Of a DNA stretch of 64,000 bases, positions 52,291-62,746 are shown one piece after another; the stretch's first letter is position 1; each line of letters starts with the position of its first letter. A model generated the notes under the pieces. It was not told the origin of the DNA. It made no database searches and saw only the letters and a program-made list of their open reading frames with translations. The DNA is taken from positions 1-64,000 of IMG/VR virus record IMGVR_UViG_3300036861_001052; one strand, written 5' to 3'. The translations under genes and the position numbers were made by a program. The DNA comes from a virus.

Positions 52291-55200
52291 TCATGATTTT
52301 TCTTTGATGTCGTCGAGCACGTGCTCGGGCGCGATGTCCGTGCGGTGAGAGTGCTCGATGGCCAGATGCAAGTCCCTGCCGAGCGCGCGCCGGGCGCGCA
52401 CTTCTCCGATGAGCCGCCGGAGAACGCTCGGTCGCGGCAGCTGGCCGGTCCAGTTGTCGTTCTCGTGGTCGCTCTTCTCGAGCATCTTATCCATCTCGAT
52501 GAGCTCGCTTTCTTTCAGCGCGCCGAAGATGCGGCCGCAGGCGCTGCAGCGGTTCTTGCCGTGCGACATCGCGTCGAGCGGGCTGTCGTGCATGCTGCAC
52601 ATGGGGCAAGTTTTCCGGCTCATCGCTGCTTATTCAGATACTGTCCAGGCACCACGAGCTCGATAGCATCGAGGAGCTGGTCCATTTCCTCAAGGTAACT
52701 CGCTGGCGCCGTCGAAACCCGCAGTTCGTCACCAATCCGCGATACGAGGTTGTGAGCCCTCGCCAGGAGCTCCCACTCGCTCATCTTCTGTGGGTCGTGC
52801 CGGCGGAGCCACTCCTTGAGCTGCCGGAGGAGTGACCGCTTGTGACTGAGCTCGGCGAGCGCCTGGGTGCGCCACTCGAGATCGGAGCGCACGGAGAGAC
52901 TGTCCTGCAGTCGATCGACCTCTTCGATGAGCTCGGCCCGAAGCTTGAGGGCCTCGTCGTAGCTCCGCGGCTCACCGAGGATCGCCTGCATTGGAAAGTG
53001 CGCCTTCACTGACACGACTCCATTCTCCGGCACGTGTACCCGGTCGCGGTCCAGCCGCAGACGTAGGGGTGCCCCTCGAATTCCACGGGATCGACCGGAA
53101 CGCCGCCCATGGGGGAAGCGTAGCAATTTCGCCGAACGCCCAGATCCCACGCAAGCCACACGAGGAGACCCCCCATCGCCACGCAGCCGACCACGATCAT
53201 GCCCCGCAGAAAGCTGTCGAAGCTCTCGTCCTTCATAACGCGCACCACATCGCAAAGAACAGACACGCAGCGGCGAGCATGAAGCAGAGTGTCGTAAGCC
53301 ACGGCTCCGAGCTCCCGATGGCAGCGCTGACAAGGCCACAGAGCGCCAGGATTAGCACGACGATCGTCACGCTCTTGACTCGCTTCTTCTCTGCCGCGTT
53401 GGCGATCCGGAGCGCAACCTGGGTACGCGCGACGACGTTCTTCGAGAGCAAGCCCTCGTCTTCGAGCGACTGAAGGAGCCGCACTTCTTCGTCGGATAGG
53501 TTCTCCATCACCAGAACCTCCTTCCTTTCTGAATTCGCGGAAACCGGACAAGCACCGGCCCGAGCCATACGCAAAACTCTCCCTGGATCGTGAGGCGATA
53601 GCCGTAGCCCCAGCGGTACGGCTTGAAGGCGCGCTCCCAGCCGAGCCACCAGACCGAGATGGTCCACGACGAAATGAGAGGCTCGACGGGCCTCGGCTTG
53701 ATCGCCCAGCCGCTCATAGGGACCTCAAGAACGGCGACGTCAGGTACGAGGCCGCGAGGTAGCCAGCGACCCCGAGCACTGCCATCCGGGCGACCGGACT
53801 CATCCAGTAGCTCGCGGGCAATACGACGAGCTTTGTTCCGTCGAACTCTGCGCTGTGGTCGCCCGCGCAGACCAGCCTGACCGCGGAGACGGCGCACACG
53901 TTGTAAAATTGGGGGCGCACGACGAACCGCTCGGCGTCGAATGCGCCGCCGAGCCGTGCGCTCTCGAAGCGGCCGACGGAGAAGCCCACGCCGTGGTACC
54001 AGACCCAGACCGAGGAGCATAACGGGCATCCCCCGATGGGGCAGAGTCTGTCCGGGAGCTCGTCCAGGTTTCGCTCTCCGACCTCGAGCCAGATCACTGG
54101 GCCTCCGACCGCCGGCCCCCGCGGGGGCGTGCGCTCTTCGAAGTATGTAGGCAAGTCGAAGTCCGTCATCATCTCGAGCACCACCACGCGACGACGATCG
54201 CCAAGACGACGAAGGCCACGGGCACGATGAGCGCAGAGAGAGCGCTCCCGGGCTTTGGTCTCGGGCGACGGGTCTCCTCGAGAATGGTATTCGAGGTGCC
54301 GCCCTCCTCTGTCACGGCGAGCGGAAGAGCCACATGGGCCGACTCCGACACGCCGGCGTCGTCGAAGATCCCGCCCGTGCGCTCGCCCGCGATCTCCTCC
54401 TGCATCTCGAGCTGGGCCCTGTAGTGCTCGCGCACGACCGGATCCTTGATTCCGGCAAGGGCCTCTTCCATCAGTCGCTTGTCCATGTTGTCTCCTTTGG
54501 TGTGTCGCCGGTCTCGAGCGCCTTCGCTCGTTCGTGATAGTGCGCCGCAATCGCTTTCAGGGCGTCGCGGTCCCGCTCGGCCGCACGCGCCTTGTCCCAG
54601 ACGAGATCCGCGAGCTCTCGCCACGCCGACGCGAGGCGTGTTTTCTCGGCGGCGAGCTCGCCTTGCGCTTTTTCGACTAGCTCGGCGCGGCGCACGGTCG
54701 GAAGCACGAGCTCCCGAGCAGCACGGAGCTCGACGCGAAGGCGCCGGGCTTCTTGCGCTTTCGACAGAAGATCCTTCCAGTCGAAGAAGCCGTGGCTCCG
54801 GGCGAGGCGATTCGGGTTCATAGGATGTGGGAGACTCCGAAGGCTGCGGCCGTTATGAGCACGAGGTTCTTTTCGCCTTCGATCGCGTCGTCCTTGACCA
54901 TGGGTTTGTACGTCATGTGCCCGAGCTCGCGGAGCATCGCCGCAGGCTCGGCGTTGCCCCCAGCCTGCCGGATGACCGAGAGCAGGTACTCCTGACCCAT
55001 GGTGCCGCGCATTGCCCTGACGAAGCAGACGGCCCAGAGCGCCTGGTGCTCGCGGCTGTACTGCCAGGTCTCTTCCGCGCCGTGCCGCGGCCAGCGGATC
55101 AGCTGCCTGACTTCTTCGCCGGCCAGATCTGGTAAGAGCCTCGACGCGAACGCCACTTGCGCCCGATCCATCTGCTCGTCCCGAAGGAGCTCGGAGGCGC

Positions 55201-57156
55201 ACGAGACCCAGAGCCGCGCGCGGGCCTTCTGAGGCCCCGTCCACTTGACGGAGTTCGAGCCGAGGAGGACCAGCTTTCGGAGGCCGTCTTCGCTCATCAC
55301 GAGTGAGCCCTTCTCGTCGGCGAGCGCCATCCCGCTCGGACTCTTCTCGGTCGGCTTGGTGTGCGCGCCGGTCGCGTGGAAAACCGGTGCCATGACGTCC
55401 ACGAATTTGACTGGATCTTCGACGAGGCACGTGTTCAAGAGGAGCTGCGCGTAGCCCGAGGTCAGGGTGACGCCGAAGGCGCCTAGCGCCATGACGCCCG
55501 CGCTCGCGGCGTGCACCTGGTCGACGGCGACGCCCGCGTGGCGCGCTGCCAGCCCGAACGTGATCTCCCAGAACGTGCTCCCCACTTTCGGTGACCGCGT
55601 CCCCGGAGCGCACCAGCCCTGAAAGCCTTCGTGCTTCACCCATTGCACCCAAGGCTCGCCGGTAGGCGTGCGGGGCGACGGGGGAGGCGCCGCGTCTCTG
55701 ATTGGATCGAACATCACGGGCGCTCTACCTCGTAGGGCCACGTGGTGGCAGTGATTTTCTTGATCCTATGGACGGGGATGCAGCGGAGCGTGGGCGAGCC
55801 CCACCTCCAGAAGCCACGCTTGGTGGCCTGCTCGAGAGCGAGGTCGATCAGATCCTCTGCGAGCTCGGGCTCTCCGTTCTCGATGCGCCCCTTGAGCACG
55901 CACGTCTCGCGCGAGCCGTCGTCGAGCGTGAGCACGAAGTGCACCTCACCGACGTCGACTTTTTCTGCCGCGAACATTACCGCCCGCGCGGCGTCGGCGA
56001 ACAAGGGCGCGGTCACCATGTCGTCGGCAAGCCTCTCGGCCGCCGTCCTCTTCTTCCACGGCCACATCAGTGTTCTCCGATCCACTTCTGAACGAGCTGC
56101 AGGCGCTTGAGCTCGCGCTCCAGCCAGCTATTCCAGTAGTAGTCACACTGCTCGCCCGACGGAAACCGGTACCAGATGATGCCCGTGTCGGAGCGATACC
56201 TCCGTCCGTCAGAGAACTCGAGCTCCCACTCGTCGTCGACCTTCGAAAGGCCGATCGCCCGCGGGGAAGAATCAGGAGAACCGTCGCGACGCACCTGATC
56301 GAGGAGATTGCCTACGAAGACGCCGCACAAGAACGCGATAAAAAACTCTAACCACATCATGCGTCCCCCAAGGTCACCCAGTGCGGGAGCCGTTCGAAGA
56401 GCTCGACGAGCTCGGTGACGATGCGTTCGCTGACGTCGGTGCGCGGCACGTCCCACTGGTAACGCCACGGAAGGCCTGTCGACGTGTCGACGAGCTGGCA
56501 CTGCGGGATCGCCCCCGGGACGTACACATCGAGAATCTTCGGCAAGTTCCAGCGGGCAAGCTCCGGCTCAGGCTCCCGGAGCCAGAGCCACGAATGCTCC
56601 ACGAACCCAAACCTCCCGTCACAGACCGGGAGCTTCAGCATCCGGCCGACGGCGCGCGCAAGCTCGTGGCACCGGATCGGCTGCCTGGTCTCTTCGTCGA
56701 GGTACGGCGCCACGCGCACCATGCGCTCGGCGCGCTCGCGCGCGAAGAGCTCCTCGCCCGTGAAGATTTCTGCCGCTGCGTACCCGATCATGATCGCTTC
56801 CCCTAGAACGCTGCGAGCCAGCCGACGAGAAGCGCGACCGACGCCACGCAAACCTGCAAGATGCCAACCTCCAGCGGGCCCTTATCGTTTGTGGGGGCAG
56901 AGGCGCGGGCCGTCAGAAAACCCAGGAACACACTGAGGCCCACCGCGTGACCGAGGGACAACGGCGGTGCATGAAAGACCGGCGCCACGTGCCACTGCCA
57001 GAGCTTCATCGCCACGAATCCCTGGTAGAAGGTCACCGGCACGATGAACAGGAAGGCGATGAACACCTCGGCGCCGTTGTTCGTCCTGGCGGACTTCGAG
57101 AGGACGTGGGCGGCCACCACCCCGCTTGGATCTCCGACAAACTTCGGACTGACCAT
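52291..57156 (-). other. run of small coupled hypothetical CDSs: 52291-52623, 52620-53009, 53006-53236, 53233-53508, 53508-53717, 53714-54172, 54169-54486, 54471-54821, 54818-55717, 55714-56067, 56067-56360, 56357-56791, 56803-57156
   Basis: Mostly 1-4 nt start/stop overlaps tiling the - strand; several have TM helices or CxxC. Confidence 0.55.
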
Positions 57157-57707
57157 TATTCCTCCCCCTCCGGCTTCTTCGCTCCCGGCGGGAGCATCTT
57201 CGCCAAGAACTCCGGGCTCGCGACCTGCCGGAGGATGCTCTTCACGTCGCGCTGGTACCACTGCTTGAGCGCGCGGTTTTCGGCGGTATCGGGGATCCGG
57301 CGCGTGTCGATGATCTCGTCCTGCCGCGCGAGCGCGACGATCGAGCGCTCGACCTTCTTCGCACGGTCGCTCTGCTTGTGGCGGATGACGTCGGCGTCGT
57401 CGACAGACGCCCGCGCGCCGAGACCGCGGTGCCGGATGAGAGCACGCTTGTACTTCGCGTGCAGGAGCTTCTCCGCGCGGCCCGCGCAGCCCCGGATCGC
57501 GTCCACCTCTTCGGTGTCCATCCGAGGGAGGCGCCCGTAGCCCTCGACCGCCTTCAGGATTTCGTTGTAGGCGGCAAAGTTATACGGGTGCCGCTGCGCC
57601 CACCAGTCGAGGAAGGCGGCGATGCGCGCCGGCTTCGAGAGCGCCGTGTCGAGCGGAAAGCCCGCGACGTCCCGGGTTCCCGTTTTACTTTTACGAACAG
57701 CCATCAC
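57156..57707 (-). CDS. basic hypothetical protein
   Basis: AAGGAG RBS. Confidence 0.65.
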   Translation of the reverse strand: MMAVRKSKTGTRDVAGFPLDTALSKPARIAAFLDWWAQRHPYNFAAYNEILKAVEGYGRLPRMDTEEVDAIRGCAGRAEKLLHAKYKRALIRHRGLGARASVDDADVIRHKQSDRAKKVERSIVALARQDEIIDTRRIPDTAENRALKQWYQRDVKSILRQVASPEFLAKMLPPGAKKPEGEE

Positions 57708-57708
57708 T

Positions 57709-58608
57709 TTACTTCTCCTTTGGCAGAGCCCGGAAACCCGGGTCTCGGTAGTCCTGGATCACGCGCCACGCCTCCATCACCGCCTCGAACTGCGGCCTGG
57801 TAGCGTCGCTGCCGTGCCGGTCGGGGTGGTACTCGCGCGCGAGCTCCTTGAAGCGGCGCTGCGCAGTCTTGAAGAACGCCTCCCCGGGCGCTTCCGTCGT
57901 GCTCTTCGGCGGATCGAGATGCAGCGTACGGCACGCCTCCACGAGCGCCCGGCGCGTGATCGCGACCGAGAGCGGGACCTGCCGGCGGCGCCGGGTGCCG
58001 ATCCTCGACTGGAATTCGGCGAAGACGACCTTGAGATCCGTCTCGAGCCGCTCGATGTCCGTCGCGAGCTCCATTTCGGAGTGCCCCATGAGTCGCTCCT
58101 GGACGTAGCCACGGATGAGGCCCCGGAGCTCGATCCAAAACTGTCCCTCCGACGTCTTGCCGCTCGAGTCCCGCGGCGGACGCTCCGAGACCGCGCTCTT
58201 GCTCTTCAGCCACGCGGGGCGGCGGACGATTTTTCCAGCGACATGGTAGATGTTTGGGCGAGCGTCGTACTCGGCGAGCACGCGCGACAGCACTTCCTGA
58301 TCGGTCTCGCCGCGCCCCTTGGTTTTCTTCACGGTGTGCGCGAGCTCGCAGGCCGTCCGGAGCATCATGTCCTCCTCGACCCGCTGCCAGAGCACCTCGA
58401 AGGCGTCGCCGTAGCCGAGCAGGCGCTGCCGGAGCGCGATCGGATAGCGCTGCGTGCCGAGCACGGTCGCCACGTAGTCGGCCCGGTCGCGCTTTTCCGT
58501 GCGCACCTCGAGCTTGCCGTAAAGGTTCCACATCTCGAGCTCGATCTCCGCGCGGGCGCGTTCGGTGTGGGCGCTGGCGTGGTCACGGATGAGCTCGGAG
58601 AGGGTCAC
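57709..58608 (-). CDS. protein with C-terminal J-domain (DnaJ-like)
   Basis: ACRTLHL...AQRRFKELAREYHPDRHGS....FEAVMEAW. Confidence 0.8.
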   Translation of the reverse strand: MTLSELIRDHASAHTERARAEIELEMWNLYGKLEVRTEKRDRADYVATVLGTQRYPIALRQRLLGYGDAFEVLWQRVEEDMMLRTACELAHTVKKTKGRGETDQEVLSRVLAEYDARPNIYHVAGKIVRRPAWLKSKSAVSERPPRDSSGKTSEGQFWIELRGLIRGYVQERLMGHSEMELATDIERLETDLKVVFAEFQSRIGTRRRRQVPLSVAITRRALVEACRTLHLDPPKSTTEAPGEAFFKTAQRRFKELAREYHPDRHGSDATRPQFEAVMEAWRVIQDYRDPGFRALPKEK

Positions 58609-58720
58609 GGCTGGTCCTTTCGGCGCTTTCGCTCTTCGGACGTCAGGTCCACCGCGATCCCGTGGCCCACGTAGTGACCGGCGAGAGCAGCGGCGGCCAT
58701 ACAAAGGAGCGTGTAGCGGT

Positions 58721-59026
58721 TCACGGCAGCATCGTTCCCTTCGCTCGCTCTAGCTCCAGATCGAGACCGAGGGCATCGTGAATACGCGCCCGCGTGTCGA
58801 GCCCGCCACGATGGTAGGCCCAGGCCATCCAATTCAGCAGAAGCTTGGCCTGCGCCTCGCTCAGGCGAACCTCCGCGCGCATCACCGCACCATCGGGCCA
58901 CGTCACGAACCAATGGTTTTCCGGATTCCGGCGACCTTCGCATTCTCGCGAGGCCGTGAAGCCCATATCGCAGAGCACCGTCTTCTTCGGCTTTCCTGGT
59001 ACGCGAATTCTTTTTAGCTTCGCCAC
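58721..59026 (-). CDS. hypothetical protein
   Basis: Operon packing. Confidence 0.55.
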   Translation of the reverse strand: MAKLKRIRVPGKPKKTVLCDMGFTASRECEGRRNPENHWFVTWPDGAVMRAEVRLSEAQAKLLLNWMAWAYHRGGLDTRARIHDALGLDLELERAKGTMLP

Positions 59027-59030
59027 TCTT

Positions 59031-59198
59031 CTACGGTCCTTTCTCGTCGACCTTCTTGTAGCCGTCGACGGCGAGCCAGCCGACTCCGACGTAGCCCAGC
59101 GTGATCCACAGAAACCCGATCCACGGAGCCGGGGCCCACGGCGACAGAAGCCCCGCCATCGCGAACGCCATCGGAAAGATCCATTGCGCGTCCTTCAT
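59031..59198 (-). CDS. 55-aa two-TM membrane peptide
   Basis: MKDAQWIFPMAFAMAGLL...WIGFLWITLGYVGVGWL; ATGA overlap. Confidence 0.5.
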   Translation of the reverse strand: MKDAQWIFPMAFAMAGLLSPWAPAPWIGFLWITLGYVGVGWLAVDGYKKVDEKGP

Positions 59199-59698
59199 TC
59201 CCACGCCTTTCGGAGCGCCTCGAGCTCGCGAGCGAGCGCATCTTGCTTCTCGCGGATATGGACGACGTTCTCGAGGATCGCCGCCGTCATCTTGACGAGC
59301 GCGTCGAGTGCGGTGGCGTCGTCCCCGGCTTCCTCGACCGACGGCGCCTCTTCTGCTTCAGCGGCCTGGTCCGGCGGCACGAAGATTTCGGTAGCGCCCG
59401 CGCTTCCCGGCCAGAGGAGCGTGCCGACCTCGTTCGCGAGGATGATCTGCTCGAGACCGGGCGTTGCCGTGTAGACCTTCGCCGCTTTTCCGAATGCCGA
59501 GATCTCAGGCGAGAGCGTCACTGTCACGAGGCCCTGGTCCTCGAGTCGCCGGAGGAGCCTCGTGCGCCAGCTCCAGCGAAAGTTCGGGCCGAAGAGCTCG
59601 CGGCCCGTCGCGCCGCGGTCTCCGGCGGCGCGGAGATACTCGAGCGCCTTCGTTGCTTCCGCGAACTGCTGAGCGGCTCTGGCAGCGTAGTACCTCAC
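59195..59698 (-). CDS. winged-helix DNA-binding protein with coiled-coil tail
   Basis: GATGREL...LLRRLEDQGLV...KVYTAT. Confidence 0.6.
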   Translation of the reverse strand: MRYYAARAAQQFAEATKALEYLRAAGDRGATGRELFGPNFRWSWRTRLLRRLEDQGLVTVTLSPEISAFGKAAKVYTATPGLEQIILANEVGTLLWPGSAGATEIFVPPDQAAEAEEAPSVEEAGDDATALDALVKMTAAILENVVHIREKQDALARELEALRKAWE

Positions 59699-59877
59699 TC
59701 GCCGAGGATCTCCTTCACGCAGATCTCACCGGGCCCGAGGGAGAGGACGTTAGACATCGACTTTCCTTTTTCTTTTTCCCGGGCGCGTCATGGCGCGGCG
59801 CGACCGGGGGGAGAATCAAGGCGCCGCCAGGGCGCGATTCATGGGGGTGTGAATACGGGCGACCTGGCGACGTCCTT

Positions 59878-59914
59878 GGCTAGCAGTGATAGCCAATCGG
59901 TACGGATATGTCAA
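59878..59914 (-). promoter_or_regulatory. sigma70-type leftward promoter with operator overlapping the -10 box
   Basis: TTGACA (59914-59909)-17 bp-TATCAC; palindrome TTGGCTAGCAGTGATAGCCAA 59876-59896. Confidence 0.7.
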
Positions 59915-60046
59915 GCTCCCCTCTGTGACCCAAAGTTGCGGGCCGCGACCGGGGGGGCTCCGGGGCGCGGCCCGCGTCTCCGCCCCCAAAGGAGTTAGGC
60001 GAGCGGAGAGCTACCGGCTAATCCACGAAGGAAAAGGAATCAAGCG

Positions 60047-60751
60047 ATGTCGAGGTTTACGGTAGAGCTCACGCTCGACGAGGTCGGCGACGCGAGGCGG
60101 GCGGCAAAGAAGCGCGGCGACGCGGGACCGATGCGCGCGATCGGAGAGCAAGCGATCGCTGTCGCGTGCCGGCGGCGCTGGGAGGGCACGTTGGTAAACT
60201 TCGAGAAGTGGGACTCGTGGAAGAAGATCGGACGCGTGCCGCGGTGCATCGAAGTGCGCTTGGTCGACGCCGTGATTTCAGATCTGGATCTGGTTCAGGA
60301 TACCCCGGAGGACACTGTCGTCGTGCTCGTAGGTACCCGGGAAGCGCCCCGCTTCCTCCTCATCGGGTGGGCGTTCGCGGGGGATGTGCAGCAAGACAAG
60401 TACTGGCGAGAGGACGAGCGGAAGTTCGTGATGCCGCACATGAATCTTCGAAGTTGCTACGAGCTCAAGCGGCAGCCGAGAAAAACCGGCAGGCGCCTGC
60501 ACCGGAGCGATCCTGCTGACGATTTCGCTGGATACGGCGGCTGGCCAATGATGCTCGACACCGACGATGGGCGGCACCCGAAGTTCTACGGAAACCTCAT
60601 CCGATCGAAGTGGTCGCTTCCCTGTAGGCGTTGTCAGACGCTCGTCGTCGCGGGACAGCTTCAAGGTGGCAACTATCGCACCGGAACCATTCATGGAGAT
60701 CCAGAGGACTGCGGCTTCAAGATCGACGAGCCGAAAAAATCTTCTGCGTGA
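60047..60751 (+). CDS. hypothetical protein (possible degenerate nuclease fold with C-terminal Zn site)
   Basis: AAGGA RBS; IGEQA...IEVR...LIGW; CRRC...H....C. Confidence 0.6.
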   Translation: MSRFTVELTLDEVGDARRAAKKRGDAGPMRAIGEQAIAVACRRRWEGTLVNFEKWDSWKKIGRVPRCIEVRLVDAVISDLDLVQDTPEDTVVVLVGTREAPRFLLIGWAFAGDVQQDKYWREDERKFVMPHMNLRSCYELKRQPRKTGRRLHRSDPADDFAGYGGWPMMLDTDDGRHPKFYGNLIRSKWSLPCRRCQTLVVAGQLQGGNYRTGTIHGDPEDCGFKIDEPKKSSA

Positions 60752-60794
60752 GGCTTGACTAGATATAGACGTACCGGGTAAGGGACGAGATCCC

Positions 60795-61004
60795 ATGTCC
60801 GACACCATTGAGTCCATGCCGATGAAGAAGAAGCAGAAGCGGGCTCCGCGCAAGCGGCCGCTGTTCATGATCAAGTTCGACCACGAGGACCGAGCGATGC
60901 TCGATGAAGCGAGCCGGGTGGAGAAGCTCACTCGGAGCGACGTCCTTCGTCGAGCTCTTCGCGCCTATTACAGAAAGCTCCGCATCGACAAGATAGCCAG
61001 CTAA
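60795..61004 (+). CDS. CopG-like ribbon-helix-helix regulator
   Basis: FMIKFDHEDRAMLDEAS...TRSDVLRRALRAY. Confidence 0.75.
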   Translation: MSDTIESMPMKKKQKRAPRKRPLFMIKFDHEDRAMLDEASRVEKLTRSDVLRRALRAYYRKLRIDKIAS

Positions 61005-61029
61005 GCCCTGCGGCAAAGGAAACGACGTA

Positions 61030-62016
61030 GTGGCTTGGCAGATCGACCCAAAGATCGCTGACGACCCGTGGTTCATGGAGGACCTCAACCGGGAGACGCA
61101 GGCGCTCTTCACATTTTTGCTGATCTGTCCGCTCCGGACGACGCTTCCCGGTCTCTACAAGAACATCAGCGTCGCGATCGTGGCCGACACGTGGAAGCAG
61201 CCGTTTGCCGAGGTCCAGCCTATTTTTCAGAAGCTTCTCGAGCCCTGCAGCGAGGGCCGGCGGCACGTGCTCTACGACGGCCGTGCCCGCGTTCTTCGGA
61301 TCCCGAGCGCACCGAAGTGGAATCACGGCCCTGGCGACAAGATCCTAGCGGCCTGGTTTCGGTGCTGGTGCGCCGTTCCGGACTGCGACCTCAAGTGGGA
61401 TCACCTCGACGGGATCCGGGACGCGGTCAATCTCCACAACCCGAAAGTTGCAGCCAGGTGGCAAACCACCTTCGAGCCGCTCCTCGCGAGGCGGGCTGCT
61501 GGGCTGAGGTCTGCGCGCCCCATCGACCTCCGCGCGCTGACGAACGCCGTTCGAACGCCGACCGAACGTTCACCGAACACTGATAACGGTCACTCGGCCG
61601 GCCCGACGCTCATCTCAGAATTATCTCCTAGGTATAATACTTCCGTTCCTACTGGACCAGAACGCCGTTCGAACGGCGTTCCTATGCCTCTGGATCAGGA
61701 TCTGGATCAGGAAGAGGATCAGGATCTGGATCTGGATCAGGATCCGCGGCGTTCGAACGCCGTTCGAACGGCGTTCCCAGAAAGCTCTAAGATTTTAAAT
61801 CTATCTAACTCCTCAGAACCAGAGGGAAAAGAGCCACGTAATGGCAATGGAAGGGTTTCGAAAGACGACAGGGAGGCTTTCGGAGGAAGTGACGGCGACC
61901 AGGTCGACCCTGAAAGCCACCCTGCGACAGCAAGCGCAGAACGCCGGCGGGAGTTCGAATTGGCTGGCTGGAAACTGTCCCCGATTGGCGTCTGGATCCC
62001 CCCAGGGTTTTACTGA
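61030..62016 (+). CDS. phage replication initiator-like protein
   Basis: N-terminal W.ID..I..D.WF..L; low-complexity DQD linker; sits upstream of DnaC and DnaB. Confidence 0.7.
   Translation: MAWQIDPKIADDPWFMEDLNRETQALFTFLLICPLRTTLPGLYKNISVAIVADTWKQPFAEVQPIFQKLLEPCSEGRRHVLYDGRARVLRIPSAPKWNHGPGDKILAAWFRCWCAVPDCDLKWDHLDGIRDAVNLHNPKVAARWQTTFEPLLARRAAGLRSARPIDLRALTNAVRTPTERSPNTDNGHSAGPTLISELSPRYNTSVPTGPERRSNGVPMPLDQDLDQEEDQDLDLDQDPRRSNAVRTAFPESSKILNLSNSSEPEGKEPRNGNGRVSKDDREAFGGSDGDQVDPESHPATASAERRREFELAGWKLSPIGVWIPPGFY
61542..61810. repeat. putative replication origin inside the initiator gene
   Basis: 22-bp palindrome GAACGCCGTTCGAACGGCGTTC at 61660-61681 and 61755-61776, partial copy at 61542-61557, (WGGATC)n tract 61691-61744, AT-rich patch 61781-61810. 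Confidence 0.7.
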
Positions 62017-62746
62017 AACCGAGCTCCTCGCCGAAAACATCGACGGCTACCGAGACGCCGAAAACCGCCTCGTGCTCTGCGCCAAATGCCCTGAGACGGG
62101 CGGCGGCTGCGCAAACGAGTTCTCGGTCGTCCCGGTAGGCGAACGCCCCGTGTGGCGTGACCGTAGGCTCGTCTCGGAGCCTTGCCCGAAGTGGGCGGAG
62201 TTCAAGACCAGGCGCCGGCTCAAAAATTCGGACGTCCCGGAGTTCTACTGGGACTCGTCGTTTTTCGCGTACGGCCAGCCGAAAAATTCCGCGCGCCTCG
62301 CCGAGGTCATGAAGTTTTCGCAAGCGATCGCCGAGGGCCGACGAGAGTTTCTCGTGCTCTCCGGGCCAGCCGGATCGGGTAAGACCCGTCTCGCCGTCGC
62401 GCTCTTGCGAGCGCTCGTGCAAAAAGTTCCGCGAGCCCTGCTCTGGTACGCCGACGTCACGACCGTCCGGAGCCAGATGAAACTTCGCTACGACGGCGAC
62501 GACGAGTCGCAAGGAGATCCGTTCGGGCACGCGCGAGAGTCGCACGTGCTCGTCGTCGATAACGTCGATCCAGCGAAGTACGCGAAAGAGCCCTGGGTCG
62601 CCGATCGCGTCGGAGCGCTTCTCCGCGAGCGGTGGCTCGGGCGGCGCGTGACCGTCGTCTGCACGCACGAGCGCTTTGCCGATCTCGAAAAAGCCTACGG
62701 AGACATCCCACAATTTTCCGAGACGAGACGTTGCCAGCTGTCGTGA
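61841..62746 (+). CDS. DnaC/IstB-like AAA+ helicase loader
   Basis: C..C Zn site; SGPAGSGKTRLAVA (Walker A), LVVDNV (Walker B); start uncertain. Confidence 0.85.
   Translation: MAMEGFRKTTGRLSEEVTATRSTLKATLRQQAQNAGGSSNWLAGNCPRLASGSPQGFTETELLAENIDGYRDAENRLVLCAKCPETGGGCANEFSVVPVGERPVWRDRRLVSEPCPKWAEFKTRRRLKNSDVPEFYWDSSFFAYGQPKNSARLAEVMKFSQAIAEGRREFLVLSGPAGSGKTRLAVALLRALVQKVPRALLWYADVTTVRSQMKLRYDGDDESQGDPFGHARESHVLVVDNVDPAKYAKEPWVADRVGALLRERWLGRRVTVVCTHERFADLEKAYGDIPQFSETRRCQLS

Noticed and set aside
59799-59956. 13-bp repeat CGCGACCGGGGGG at 59799 and 59944 around the divergent promoter region
   Set aside because: Low-complexity GC-rich match; not enough evidence to call a binding site
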